DNA of 62,972 bases, filler included, from Octopus bimaculoides (taxonomy: Eukaryota), in NCBI RefSeq assembly GCF_001194135.2. It is 5 parts of 4 records of this genome, joined end to end, with 100 filler letters (N's around TTAATTAATTAA, not from the genome) between each part and the next. Parts side by side here need not be neighbours in the genome. Positions count along the whole stretch, not along the records: positions 1 to 31,398 come from NC_068987.1; 4 more parts are not named here. One strand, written 5' to 3'. Below the pieces are notes generated by a model. That model ran no database searches, was not told where the DNA came from, and saw only the letters and a program-made list of their open reading frames with translations. Shown piece by piece: positions 16,435 through 27,184 of this stretch. Position numbers and translations under genes: made by a program. Each line of letters starts with the position of its first letter. Within the stretch, counting starts at the first letter, position 1.

Positions 16435-18089
16435 TCAAAGTCCAGGTGTGGAAAAAATCCAGTTTCTTAGAAATCCGCTTTTATTATTTGTGAAATAATT
16501 CTTCTAAAGCTTTAAGGCTAGAGTTTTATAAATGGTATGAGCTATTGGAACATCAAGCTTTTGGCTATAATAATTTGTGAAATTATTCTCCCAAATCTTC
16601 AAGCCCAGGGCTTTGAAAGTGATACGAGGCATTGGAATATCAAGCTACTGGCTATTATTTTATGATGTGTTGAGAGAAATAGTAAAATAAAATATTCCAA
16701 TTTCAAGTGAGTTTGGTTTTATCCATTTATGATATTGAATGCCTAGCACAGAGTCTTAAATACACACACACATGCATATATACATGAGAGAGAGGATAAT
16801 GAAACTGACATCCATCCATATGTATTTTCACACAAACACACACATGAGAGAGAGAGGAAAAGGAGCACAATGAGACTGTGACATCTATCTATATATATAT
16901 ATATATATATACACACACATATATATACACACACCCACGAGAGAGACAGACAGAAAAAGGAGGATAGTGAAATTGTGACAAATTATATATATATAGATAT
17001 ACATACATACACCCACACACAGACACAATAGAGAAAAAGAGAAGGATAATGAAACTGACATCCAAACATTTCTTAATGGAATTAGCACCACAGATTAGAA
17101 AATGGATTTTGGCTACTATTTCCTGTTCTTTGAAAGTTTATCTCTTCTACTTGGTTTACTACGTCTTGTGACAAATATTACCTTGTTTGGAAATGGGTAA
17201 GGGTTGGTGACAGGAATGGTATCTGGCCATTGAAGAACTTTGTCCGATCCATGCAAGCGTCAAAAGTGACGATAATGATACTGGATGAAATCTCTGCAAT
17301 TATACTCATTTTAAGGCCTTGATAGCTAAGTATAGTTTGGATGTAGTGGTCTCATAGTTTGATGACTAGCCCCAGCCATTAGCACCTTGGTGGTATTTGA
17401 ATTTGGAATACAAAGAAGCAGAATAGATAACGCAAGACCATTCATTTGATGCTCTCACAATTCCACTAATCTGTTACTCTGGATTACTACTTTATTCATC
17501 AACCCCAAGAAAGAGGAAAGGCCTTGGCAACATTTGAACTCTGATCACAGAAGGCCAGATTGAATTTTGCAATATATTCAGTCCCATGCTCTTACAACTC
17601 TGTTAGTTCATTGCCTATTGTATTGAATACATATTCCAGACCAAATGGAACACTCATCAATAACATTGTGTCTCCACCTACAGTAGCGATTTCTACCTCT
17701 ATATATTTACCTGTTTTACTTGGGAAGATAGATGGATCTAGTAAAGGAAGTCTTTTATTCCCATTGTATGATTCTTGTATCATCATAATGGCAGGCACTT
17801 GAGAAGGCAAAAATCATATAGCCAGTCTGCTGTCATAGTGACAGTTAACTAGTTTGCTCATCATTGGTCATTAAAATACTTCATCATGAGATGTTTCTTG
17901 TGAATTCAATGAAGACTGAGTGGCCATCTATGATTACAACTCTCTTTTGTTAACTACTTCATTTATAGTCAGAATGATATCAGGACTGGATTATTGTCTT
18001 CAATATTTTCTTCTAATTTAATGGTTCTTGGAGATCTTATTCTCAAATAGGAAGTAAGCATATATATTGCCATCCTTTCTCTTTATTCA

Positions 18090-18143
<54 letters not shown>

Positions 18144-18221
18144 GACCATTCTCCATTCTTGTGTGTGTATGTGCATATATTTTAAGTGTGCTTGTGACTT
18201 GTGCACAAGTATATCTCATAT

Positions 18222-18256
<35 letters not shown>

Positions 18257-18787
18257 TATATAGTACTTCATGAGATGTTTCTTGTGAATTAAATGGAGAT
18301 TGAGTGAACAGTTATGATTACAGTTCTCTTTTGTTTTGTTTCTATTCAAAAAAGATATCAGGACTGGATTATCATCTTTGATCCTTTTCTAATTCAATGG
18401 TTCTTGGAGATTTTATCATTTCCACCTCCATTGCTTCTCCACAATACTGATCAATCAGTTATTATAATAAACCTTTTTCATGCATCAAGGTGGCTCTCTT
18501 TCATCTTGCAAGCTGCAGCCCCACTAATTTGATATCTGCCCCTCCCCCCAATAGCACTTAAGAAGTTGGTAAATTGAATTGAGTAGTAACAATGCAAAAC
18601 TTAAAGAGACTCTCTTGTTTTTCCAATAGCAAGGCAAGGCAATCTCTCTAATAGTGGGGCCACAGAAAGAAAACAAAAGCACCCAGTAAACTCTATAAAT
18701 CAGTTGGTGTTAAGAAGTGACCCCATGTGTAGAAACCATACAAAAACTGTTGAAGAAAGACATAAATGGATGATAATATCAATAATA

Positions 18788-19220
18788 GGTATAGGCATAG
18801 CTGTGTGGTTAAGAAATTTGCTTTGGAACAACTGTGATTCAGGGTTCATTCCTACTGTCAACTGCTGTCTTCTAGTTTAGCTGTGACTTGACCAGTGCCT
18901 TTTGGTTGAAATTTTGTAACAGAAACTGGAAGTTTGTGTGTGTGTGTGTGCATATTTGAGTGAGCATGCTTCTTGCCATTATGCCTCTTCTCTTGACATG
19001 TGCACGTCAATTATAAACAAAACGTCACTGTTCATACAAATGAGGTGATTTATTTACAATCCCCCATGAGAGCATGCCTGAGCTGTTCAATAGATTGGAA
19101 GAAATATTACTTTGTTTGGAAAAAGCTTCGGATTGATGACAGGAAGAGTATCTGTTTGAACAAAGTTTTGTCTGCCTCATGTAAACAGAAAAGTGGGGAT
19201 TCAAATGATAATGGTGATGA
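18788..19220 (+). mobile_element. Decayed tRNA-headed SINE (family B type) with central (GT)n and RTE-like tail
   Basis: Head ggcatagctgtgtggttaag...gggttcattcc, then a (GT)n tract, then gaaatattactttgtttggaaa...tgacaggaagagtatc and a (GAT)-like end. Confidence 0.55.
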
Positions 19221-19280
19221 TATATGTATATATAAAAAGCAAATTAGTAACAAGGATGTCAAGGTATTAATGCAATACAG

Positions 19281-19553
19281 CCATTTCAGGTGGCTTCATC
19301 TACTTGAAAAATGCAAGCATTACATCAATTTGAAATACAGCACCATCTTCAGTTACAAAATACAAATTTTCAACAGTCAGGAATTCTCCATGCTTGAATT
19401 CTCTTCTTCTCTAGCTCTGATGAAATATTTGCTAAAAATTATAATTGAATATCCTGATTGTTGAAAATTTCTGTTTTACAACTGAAGAAAGTGCTGTATT
19501 TCAAATTGATGTAATGCTTGCATTGTTCGATTAAATAGAGCCACTAGAAATGG
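19281..19553. mobile_element. Long-hairpin MITE-like element
   Basis: 19312-19382 (tgcaagcattacatcaatttgaaatacagcac...caacagtcagga) is the imperfect reverse complement of 19452-19522. The outer ccatttcaggtggc / gccactagaaatgg also match. Confidence 0.75.
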
Positions 19554-19816
19554 TCATATTACCTTAATACCTTGACACCCTTTGTTACTTATTTGCCTTT
19601 TATTCACCTTACTTTGAGCCTTGTGGATAATACCAGACTAGTTTCGTGCATCAACTTAAGTACCTCATTCAACTGAATCTTTATTATTTCTAGATATATA
19701 TGTGTGTATGTAATGGTGCTATTTGTAAAATGGCCTCTTGTATTTAACAAAAAAAATTTTTAAGAGAAAAATTGTATATTTAGCAGTGTTCTGTTATAGT
19801 AAGTTTTAACTTTTAA

Positions 19817-20037
19817 CCTTTTGATACCAACTCCCTTCAAACTGTTCCTGATCCTCTAATGTAAACTTCATGATTTTAAGTGATCTAAATTGAAATCTTC
19901 CATCAAAATTTCAAGATAATTTATGTTCCAAACACCTGCTAAATATTGACAAACTTCTTTTACTAAATTCTTCATTATTTTCAAAATTAATGGAAACAAA
20001 GGCAGCATATTTCAAGAGGAATTTAGTAATAAAAGAG
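19817..20037. mobile_element. piggyBac-like MITE (second family)
   Basis: TTAA at 19813-19816 and 20038-20041 flanking degenerate TIRs ccttttgatac / gtaataaaagag. Confidence 0.5.
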
Positions 20038-20357
20038 TTAAATATTCATAATACTTGAAGTGTTGTTGTGCTGCTTAGAACAACTTGATTTGGTTGTAGT
20101 ATGTTTGAGTAAAGTTACTCTAGTTGAAGGTCTTCTTGAGAAATTTGGCTAGACAGAACAAGGCTGCATGCTGGAAGTGTGTGGATGTGGAATTTTGAGA
20201 GAAATCTAGCAGAGAGTCTTGAGCTCTCCTTAACTTTCCAAGTCTTTCTTTGGCTCTCTGGGTCCTAGTTAAACTCCACCTTTTAGGTCCTACCTGTTCA
20301 ATAGAATCTTGTCTCCATTCTATGACACTGGCACAAAAGTTGTTTATATATTTGTAA

Positions 20358-20359
<2 letters not shown>

Positions 20360-20389
<30 letters not shown>

Positions 20390-21445
20390 TTAACGTCCAT
20401 TTTCCATGCTGGCATGGGTTGGATGGTTCGGCTGGGGTCTGGGAAGCCAGGAGGCTACACCAGGCTCCAATCTGATCTGGCAGTGTTTCTACAGCTGGAT
20501 GCCCTTCCTAGTGCCAACCACTCCATGAGTGTAGTGGGTGCTTTTTACATGCCACCAGCACAGGGGCCAGAGGAAGCTGGCAACAGCCATGATCGGTTGG
20601 TGCTTTTTATGTGCCACTGGTACGGAAGCTAGTCAAGGTGGCACTAGCATCGGCTACGTTTGGATGGTGCTTTTTACATGCCACCGGCACGGGTATCACA
20701 ACTACAATTTCCATTTGATTTTCATTTTGATGTTGATGTACTTGATTCAATAGGTCTCCTCAAGCACAGCAGGTCGCCCACGATCCAAGGTACTTTTGAA
20801 TGGGCTGGGGCTGGTTATGCGAAACTGGTGTAGGACACAGCTGTGAACTCACTTTGTTTGCTGGGTCTTCGCAGTTATAACATATCTCCAGAGGTCTCGG
20901 CCTTTCGTCATTGCCTCTGTGAGGCCTAATGTTCAAAGGTCATGCTTCACCACCTCATCCCATGTCTTCCTGGGTCTACTTCTACCCTGGATTCCTTCAA
21001 CTGTTTGGGAGTGGCGCTTCTTCACACATCTCTCCTCATCCATCCGTAGTACATGACCAAATCAGTGCAAACGTCTCTCTTGCATGCCACATCCGATGCT
21101 TCTTATGTCTAATATTTCACTCAGGGTGCTTACACTGTCGCATGTGCACACTGGCATTAGACATCCAGCGGATCATGCTAGCTTCATTTCTTTTGAGCCT
21201 ATGCATTTCCTCCACAGTCACAGCCCATGTTTCACTGCTGTGAAGTATGGCAGTTCGCACATATGCATCGTACAATCTACCTTTCACTAACGAGAGACCC
21301 TTTGTCACTAGCAGGAGTAGAAGCTTTCTAAACTTTGCCCAAGTTATTCTTATTCTAGTGGTAACACTCTCAGAGCATCCACCCCCACTACTAACTTGGT
21401 CACCTAGGTAGCGGAAGTAGTAGTTTCTCCCCCTGGAGTGTGATG
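20360..21445 (-). mobile_element. Second decayed RTE-clade LINE 3' fragment
   Basis: Minus remnant LSLVKGRLYDAYVRTAILHSSETWAVTVEEMHRLKRNEASMIRWM, collinear with 2923-4200. The (GAT)n tail lies at 20360-20388. Confidence 0.85.
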
Positions 21446-21614
21446 GAATCTGTTTTCTAATTTGTTTTTTTTATGAAAGAATATATTTTATATTATGAAA
21501 CATTCTATTTTTAAAAAATGCCCTCCACCTCTCTTCATTAAAAAAAAATAACATAACAGTATTGTAAATTTTAGAGCTCTTTATAAATTATATATCTAGC
21601 TAGCTAGATAGCTT

Positions 21615-22190
21615 CATGGGTACAAAGTTTGCTTTTGGGTCAATCTCACTGCATTGTTCTTTGAGCAAGTCTCTTCCACTACACCCCCAGGCTGACCAAA
21701 GCCTTGTGAGTGAATTTTGGGAGGTGGAGACTGAAAGAAGCTCATCATATATATTGTCATCATCATCATTTAACATCTGTTCTTCACTGGTATGGGTTGG
21801 AAAGTTTAATAGGAGCTGGTCAGCTGGGGAGCTGCCTGGGTTCCATTTGTCTGTTTTTCGCATGGTTTCTATGGCTGGATGCTCATCATAATTCCAACCA
21901 CTTTACTGAGTGTACAGGATGCTTTTAACATGGCACTGGCATGTATGTGTGTGTGTACCTTCTTGTCTGACATAATGTGATAGTTGTAAATGAATGTTAT
22001 TGTCATACGAATAGAGTCTCTTGTTTTTAATCTTTCATGAAACCATGCCTGGTCATAGGGAAATATTACCTTTCTTGAAAACTAATAAGGGTTGGTGACA
22101 GGAAAGTCATCTGGCCGTAGAAAGTCTGCCTCAGTGAATTCCTTCTGACCCACATATGTTTGGAAAAGGGGACATTAAAATGATGATAAT
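21615..22190 (+). mobile_element. Family B SINE interrupted by a minus-strand RTE tail (about 21757-21940)
   Basis: Core gctgaccaaagccttgtgagtgaattttgg...ctgaaagaagc, then an inverted RTE tail, then the SINE resumes with (GT)n and its RTE-like 3' end. Confidence 0.6.
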
Positions 22191-22414
22191 GAAGATACAT
22201 ATTTCTAATTGCTAATTATTTTCATATAGTCTTTATGAGAAGTAAAAATTTTCAGATTTCTCGAAACAAACAATATTAGAAATCATTTAATATCAATGAA
22301 ATCCATATTTAGTTCTTCGTACAGCATGTTGGCACTCAGAGAATTTAGTACAAGAGTTGTCTTTAACAAAACTACTTAGAAAACCAGTAGCTGCTGTTTC
22401 TATAGTTACCAAAC

Positions 22415-22697
22415 TGTGGTGTTATGGGCTGTGATGAGCTGTGTGTTGTGGTGGAGAGGGGTGAGGCAAACAGAGGTGAAGCCAGACCGGAAGCGTCAGA
22501 TTGGAAGTGTGAGATCGGAAGTCAGCGACACGCGGTCGAAGGCTAGCACGTGGGGTCAGTGAGAAAACAGCAACGTTACAAGAAAGACGTGTTCTGATTA
22601 GGAGCGATCGTGTACCCCGCTGCGGTCAGCAAGGTAAGGTCCAACGCTTCATTCTGTCCTTTTGCTTCTTGTTGTTTTCTTCCTCCATCTCACCACA
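22415..22697. mobile_element. Solo LTR (283 bp)
   Basis: TGTGGTG at 22415 and CACCACA ending at 22697 (TG...CA, 7-bp inverted termini). Identical 5-bp flanks CAAAC at 22410-22414 and 22698-22702. The interior is CpG-rich. Confidence 0.8.
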
Positions 22698-22877
22698 CAA
22701 ACGTTGAGTCGTCTAGTTAGGATTAAAGAGAATTTTTTATATCAATTATGTTTTCAACTGGAAGTTTCCAAATCATTCATTCATTCATTGTTTGTAAGAC
22801 AGATAAATGTCAGCACTGACATAGCCTCAATGTGATTATTCAATCTTGCTAGAAATAGCAGCCTATATATATATATA

Positions 22878-23760
22878 TGCGTGGTCTGATCAACAAGTAT
22901 CTGGAATGTTGCTATAGTAACAAAGCTAAGGCACAGAGAGTAAAGTCACTTGGCACATACTGACCTTCAACTCTGCTGTGCATGTGCATTAAGTTTTAAT
23001 GCTCTAACTTACTTCCATTGTTTACAGCAGTGCTTGGAAGGAAGGTGTAGTGTCTGATCATTGCATTGACTATGACATAGAAAGTTGAGCAGAGAATCTA
23101 CATCAAATTTTGCCAAAAGCTTGGCGATACTTGCTCAGAAGCTTATGCAAAGTTCCCAAAAAGTTTTCATCATTCTCGACACAATCAAGGAGATCTTGTA
23201 CAACTGAAACTCGAGTGTCTTTTTAGTCAACTGAAAGCAGTTTTGGCACAAATTTGGCAGAAACACATCTCATACCTAAATCTTCAGTGATAATGGACTG
23301 AACTGAACCATAACTAATCCACACATCTGATAACTCACTGATGGTGACTCAGCGATTTCCCCTCACAGCTGCATGCACATCTGCAATGTTTTTCTCAGTT
23401 CTGCTGGTTGCTGGTCGCCAATATCGATATTTTTTCATCCATCTTGGAAACGTCTGAACCACCTGTACACTTGTGTGCAGTTCATACACTTCTCCATATA
23501 CTCTCTCTGCAACTTTGTAAAGGCCTCTGAGCAGGTATTGCTTTCACAACTTTCTCTGTCATGGTCAATGCAATGATCACATGCTATACATGTTCCTTCC
23601 AAGCACCGCTGTAAACAGTGGAATTGAGCTAGAACATTAAAACTTAGTGTGCATGCACAGCAGAGTTTAAGGTCAATCTGTGCCAAGCAGCTTTACTCTG
23701 CGTGCTTTAGCTTTGTTACTATGGCAACAGTCCGGGTACTTATTGATCAGATCATGTGCA
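22878..23760. mobile_element. Non-autonomous mariner derivative made of two inverted 5' ends
   Basis: TA flanks and matching TIRs ggtctgatcaacaagtatctgga / tccgggtacttattgatcagatc. The left arm encodes KVEQRIYIKFCQKLGDTCSEAYAKF. The right arm (minus) encodes MTEKV..TCSEAFTKLQREYMEKCMNCTQVYRWFRRFQDG...GMRCVSAKFVPKLLSVD, a mariner HTH region with a WVPHEL-like AKFVPKLL linker. Confidence 0.85.
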
Positions 23761-23973
23761 TAATAACTATATATGGATATANNNNNNNNNNNNNNNNNNN
23801 NNNNNNNNNNNNNNNNNNNNNNNNNNNNNNNNNNNNNNNNNNNNNNNNNNNNNNNNNNNNNNNNNNNNNNNNNNNNNNNNNNNNNNNNTATATATATATA
23901 TATATATTAAATGGATTAATCAAGGAAAAAAAGTGGCACCCATGACCTTTCTTGGCCTTCAGAGACTGCTCAG

Positions 23974-24112
23974 ATGCAGGGAGTAAATTACTCTCAGACT
24001 GGAGATCTGCTCCAGATGCTTGCCACAGAATGGGCTTACACTGAACACACACAAGAATCAGGTGGTGATGTTAAACTGGTTGATAAATTTGCTCAATAGT
24101 ATGGCACTGTGT
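23974..24112 (+). repeat. First copy of a near-identical ~139-bp direct duplication
   Basis: 23983-24112 matches 25046-25175 with 2 substitutions. Confidence 0.95.
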
Positions 24113-24284
24113 GCCACCACAAGGTCTAGTCCTTGTTGTGGTGTGCTTCAAAAGACCTTGAAAGCCGTGCCATAAGCTCTTAGAAGGGCCTCCCATATTG
24201 GAAAGATATAAGGATTGAGTCCAAACTAATTTAGGCACCTTTTCTCAGAAGTCAAAATGGATTTGTGTTAGACCAACACCTTTT

Positions 24285-24455
24285 ACTTGTTCCAGTCATT
24301 AAACTGCGGCCATTCTGGGGCACTACCTTGAAATTTTAGTCAAATGAATTGACCCCAGTATTTATTTTTTGTTAAGCCTGGCACTTATTATATTGGTCCC
24401 TTTTGCCGAACCACTAAGTTATGGAGCTGTAAACACATCAACACTGGTTGTCACC
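24285..24455 (-). mobile_element. Family B SINE 3' fragment
   Basis: ttttacttgttccagtcattaaactgcggcc...ttttgccgaaccactaagttatgg matches 35600-35727 in reverse. Confidence 0.75.
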
Positions 24456-24508
24456 CCTACCTTGAAGAAGAAGAAAAAAAAGTTACAGATGCATCAATGA
24501 CAAGTTAA

Positions 24509-24727
24509 CTCTTTAGCATTTAAACCAACCATATCCATCCCCGATATTCTACCTGTTTTATGTCTAAATTGGCCAGATCTGCCCTCTCACCCCTCCCTAC
24601 AATGTCATTCTAAACATAAACAGTCAGATCATCAAACTCTCCAGGCTTTGGAATAAGGTTTGATTAATTCAAATCGATGAAAATGAATAAGCATTACATT
24701 TGACAGAGTAATCTGAATGCTAAAGGG
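24509..24727. mobile_element. piggyBac-type MITE
   Basis: TTAA at 24505-24508, TIR ctctttagcatt / aatgctaaaggg, ctaa at 24728. Homologous to 16220-16434. Confidence 0.7.
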
Positions 24728-25036
24728 CTAAAAGATCAGGTAGAAGACCACTCAGGGAAACATGATGTGGTACAGCAAAATCTGAAAGGAAGCTGCAAGG
24801 CTCCAACTGGAGAGAAGCAGTAAAGACAGTCTAGAATCAAGAACTGCGGAGAAAAACTGTTGATGGCCTTCACTTCTACAGGAAGTAAAGGGATTCAGTA
24901 AATAATGGAACAGTATGACTATTATTGATGGAATACCATTCCATGGTTTTTCTATTGAGAATAATAAGCTACTAGCATATTTCTCTTCTGTTTAGTATGA
25001 CTCCTAGGCCTGAGGTGATTGTCAAACATAGGTGAA

Positions 25037-25175
25037 ATGCAAGGGGTAAATTACTCTCAGACTGGAGATCTGCTCCAGATGCTTGCCACAGAATGGGCTT
25101 ACACTGAACGCACACAAGAATCAGATGGTGATGTTAAACTGGTTGATAAATTTGCTCAATAGTATGGCACTGTGT
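25037..25175 (+). repeat. Second copy of the ~139-bp direct duplication
   Basis: Offset 1063 bp from the first copy. Confidence 0.95.
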
Positions 25176-25239
25176 TTTCATCTGATCCAGATTCTCTAGT
25201 CTGGAAATATCCTTTAATATTTTTTGTCTGTGAAAGGTG

Positions 25240-25680
25240 ACTTACTGGCACAATTGTTAGCACACTGGACAAAATGCTTAGCGGCATTTCATCTGTCTTT
25301 ATTTTTAGAGTTCTAATTCTACCAAGGTCGACTTTGCCTTTCATCCTTTTGAGGTCATTAAAATAAGCACCAGTTGAACACTGGGATCAATGTAATTGAT
25401 TAATCTCCTCCCACAAAATTACTAGCCTTGTTCCAAAATTTCAAATCAGTAGTTTCAGTCTGTGAAAGGCGGCAAACTAGCAGAATGGTTAGCACACCAG
25501 ACAAACTGCTTAGTGGCATTTTGTTTGTCTTTACATTCTGAGTTCAAATTTTACCAAGGTCAGCTTTGCCTTTCATCCATTTATGGTTGATAAAATAAGT
25601 ACAAGTTGAATACTGGGGTTGATGTAAGCGACTTAACCCCTTCCCCTGGCTTTGTGCTATTATTTGAAATCTATATTTTA
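25240..25680 (+). mobile_element. Two tandem family A SINE copies
   Basis: Same unit as in 10705-13520, starting near 25240 and 25465. Confidence 0.8.
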
Positions 25681-26719
25681 GTCTGTGAGAATCATTCAAT
25701 TCAAAAGTGAAATGCAGTTGCTGCTGCTGCTGTTGTTGTTTAGCCCAGGTCAGTTCTGAGTGAGCAAAAAGTCACTGCTCCTACAGATGGGGTCATTTGC
25801 TTACAATCCTCCATGAAAGTATATTTGAGGTGTTTGTTATTTGATAGACTTGGATAAATATTACCTTGTTTGGAAATTGTTGAGAATTGGTGACAGGAAG
25901 AACATCTGGCTATAGAAAAATTTGCTTTAACAAAGTTTTGTTATTATTAAATTTTTACCAGGAAAGTGTTGATAGTAACTTCGAAGTTTCAGCATTCTTG
26001 CATTTGTCAGACTAAAAAGCATTGAGTTATCCTTCAACTTAAATCGTTTTTATGTATAATTGTTTTTATATATAATTGTTTTTTTTTTATATTATATAAA
26101 AGCAAACATTGATATATATCAGGAGTAGGGGTTTCCCCACCCGCAGGTGCAATTATCCCCACAAGCCCATTTTATTTTGCCTGCAGGCTAATATACTCAT
26201 ATGTGCAAAATACAGTAAATTTTTCAATTATAAAATTTATACAATATTCATATGTCTATTTGTGACATAGGTTGTGTTTCCACGACTTAAAACGGTTAGA
26301 CTCAAGCAGAAAATCGTCCGGTAATTGCCATTTGAATAGAAATTTTGTTTTCACTATATAACACATATTGCTAGATTTGTACCACCCCCTTGAGACCCAA
26401 CTATACTCTAACTGAAAAATATAGAATACCTCGTAACTGATATAAATGTCCTAAATTCAATAGCAATGTTAATGAAGTTGTTACGTGTTAATTGAATGTG
26501 TTAAACTTATCTTTATTAATGTATATCGAATTATACATAGATATATATATATAAGATCTACACAGATATAAGAGTTAGAACATGTGATCCACCCACGGAC
26601 CTTTTTCTTTGGAAATTTTTGCCCACTGCATTAAGAAGCTTCCTCACCCCTGATATATGTGGATGGTGAATTGGCATTATCAATAAAGTGTCAGGAAAAA
26701 AATGCTTTTTGGCATTTGT

Positions 26720-26876
26720 TCGATCACTTTACATTGTGAGTTTTAAATTCTTTCAAAGTCAACTGTACAGTTCTATATTTAAGATATGAGGATTTATGTA
26801 CATTATTTACATTTGACGGATATTTGTTCTCATCTTGTTTGTTGTTAACACAGCGTTTCAGCTGATATACCCTCCA
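26720..26876 (-). mobile_element. Inverted partial Penelope-like pseudo-LTR
   Basis: The reverse complement reads tggagggtatatcagctgaaacgctgtgttaacaacaaacaagatgagaacaaatatccgtcaaatg, matching 27340-27412 and 34716-34790. Confidence 0.8.
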
Positions 26877-27140
26877 TCCCATGCAGCTGTAGTAGATTAT
26901 ACAAAGGCGAAACATGTCGCCCCCTCAAAATAAGGGTAGAAGAACATCGCAAAGCTCTGACACAGGGAGATATTGATAAATTGAGTATAGCTGATCATGT
27001 ATGGAAAAATGGAGACCACCTCCCCTTGTGGGATGAAGTTAAAATAATAGACACAGAACACCATTGGAAAATATGAAAACTAAAAGAAGCAGCACATATG
27101 CTAGGACACAACAACCTCCTAAGCAGGCCGAGTGCAGATA
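26876..27140 (+). pseudogene. Penelope-like element GIY-YIG endonuclease remnant
   Basis: Translates IPCSCSRLYKGETCRPLKIRVEEHRKALTQGDIDKLSIADHVWKNGDHLPLWDEVKIIDTEHHWKI*KLKEAAHMLGHNNLLSRPSAD. This is the typical PLE GIY-YIG pattern (C-x-C, Y-x-GET, EH, A-x-H, KEA), with one in-frame stop. Confidence 0.85.
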
Positions 27141-27184
27141 ATATTAGATTTATAAGTCCTAAAATTCACTCCATAATTGCCCAT

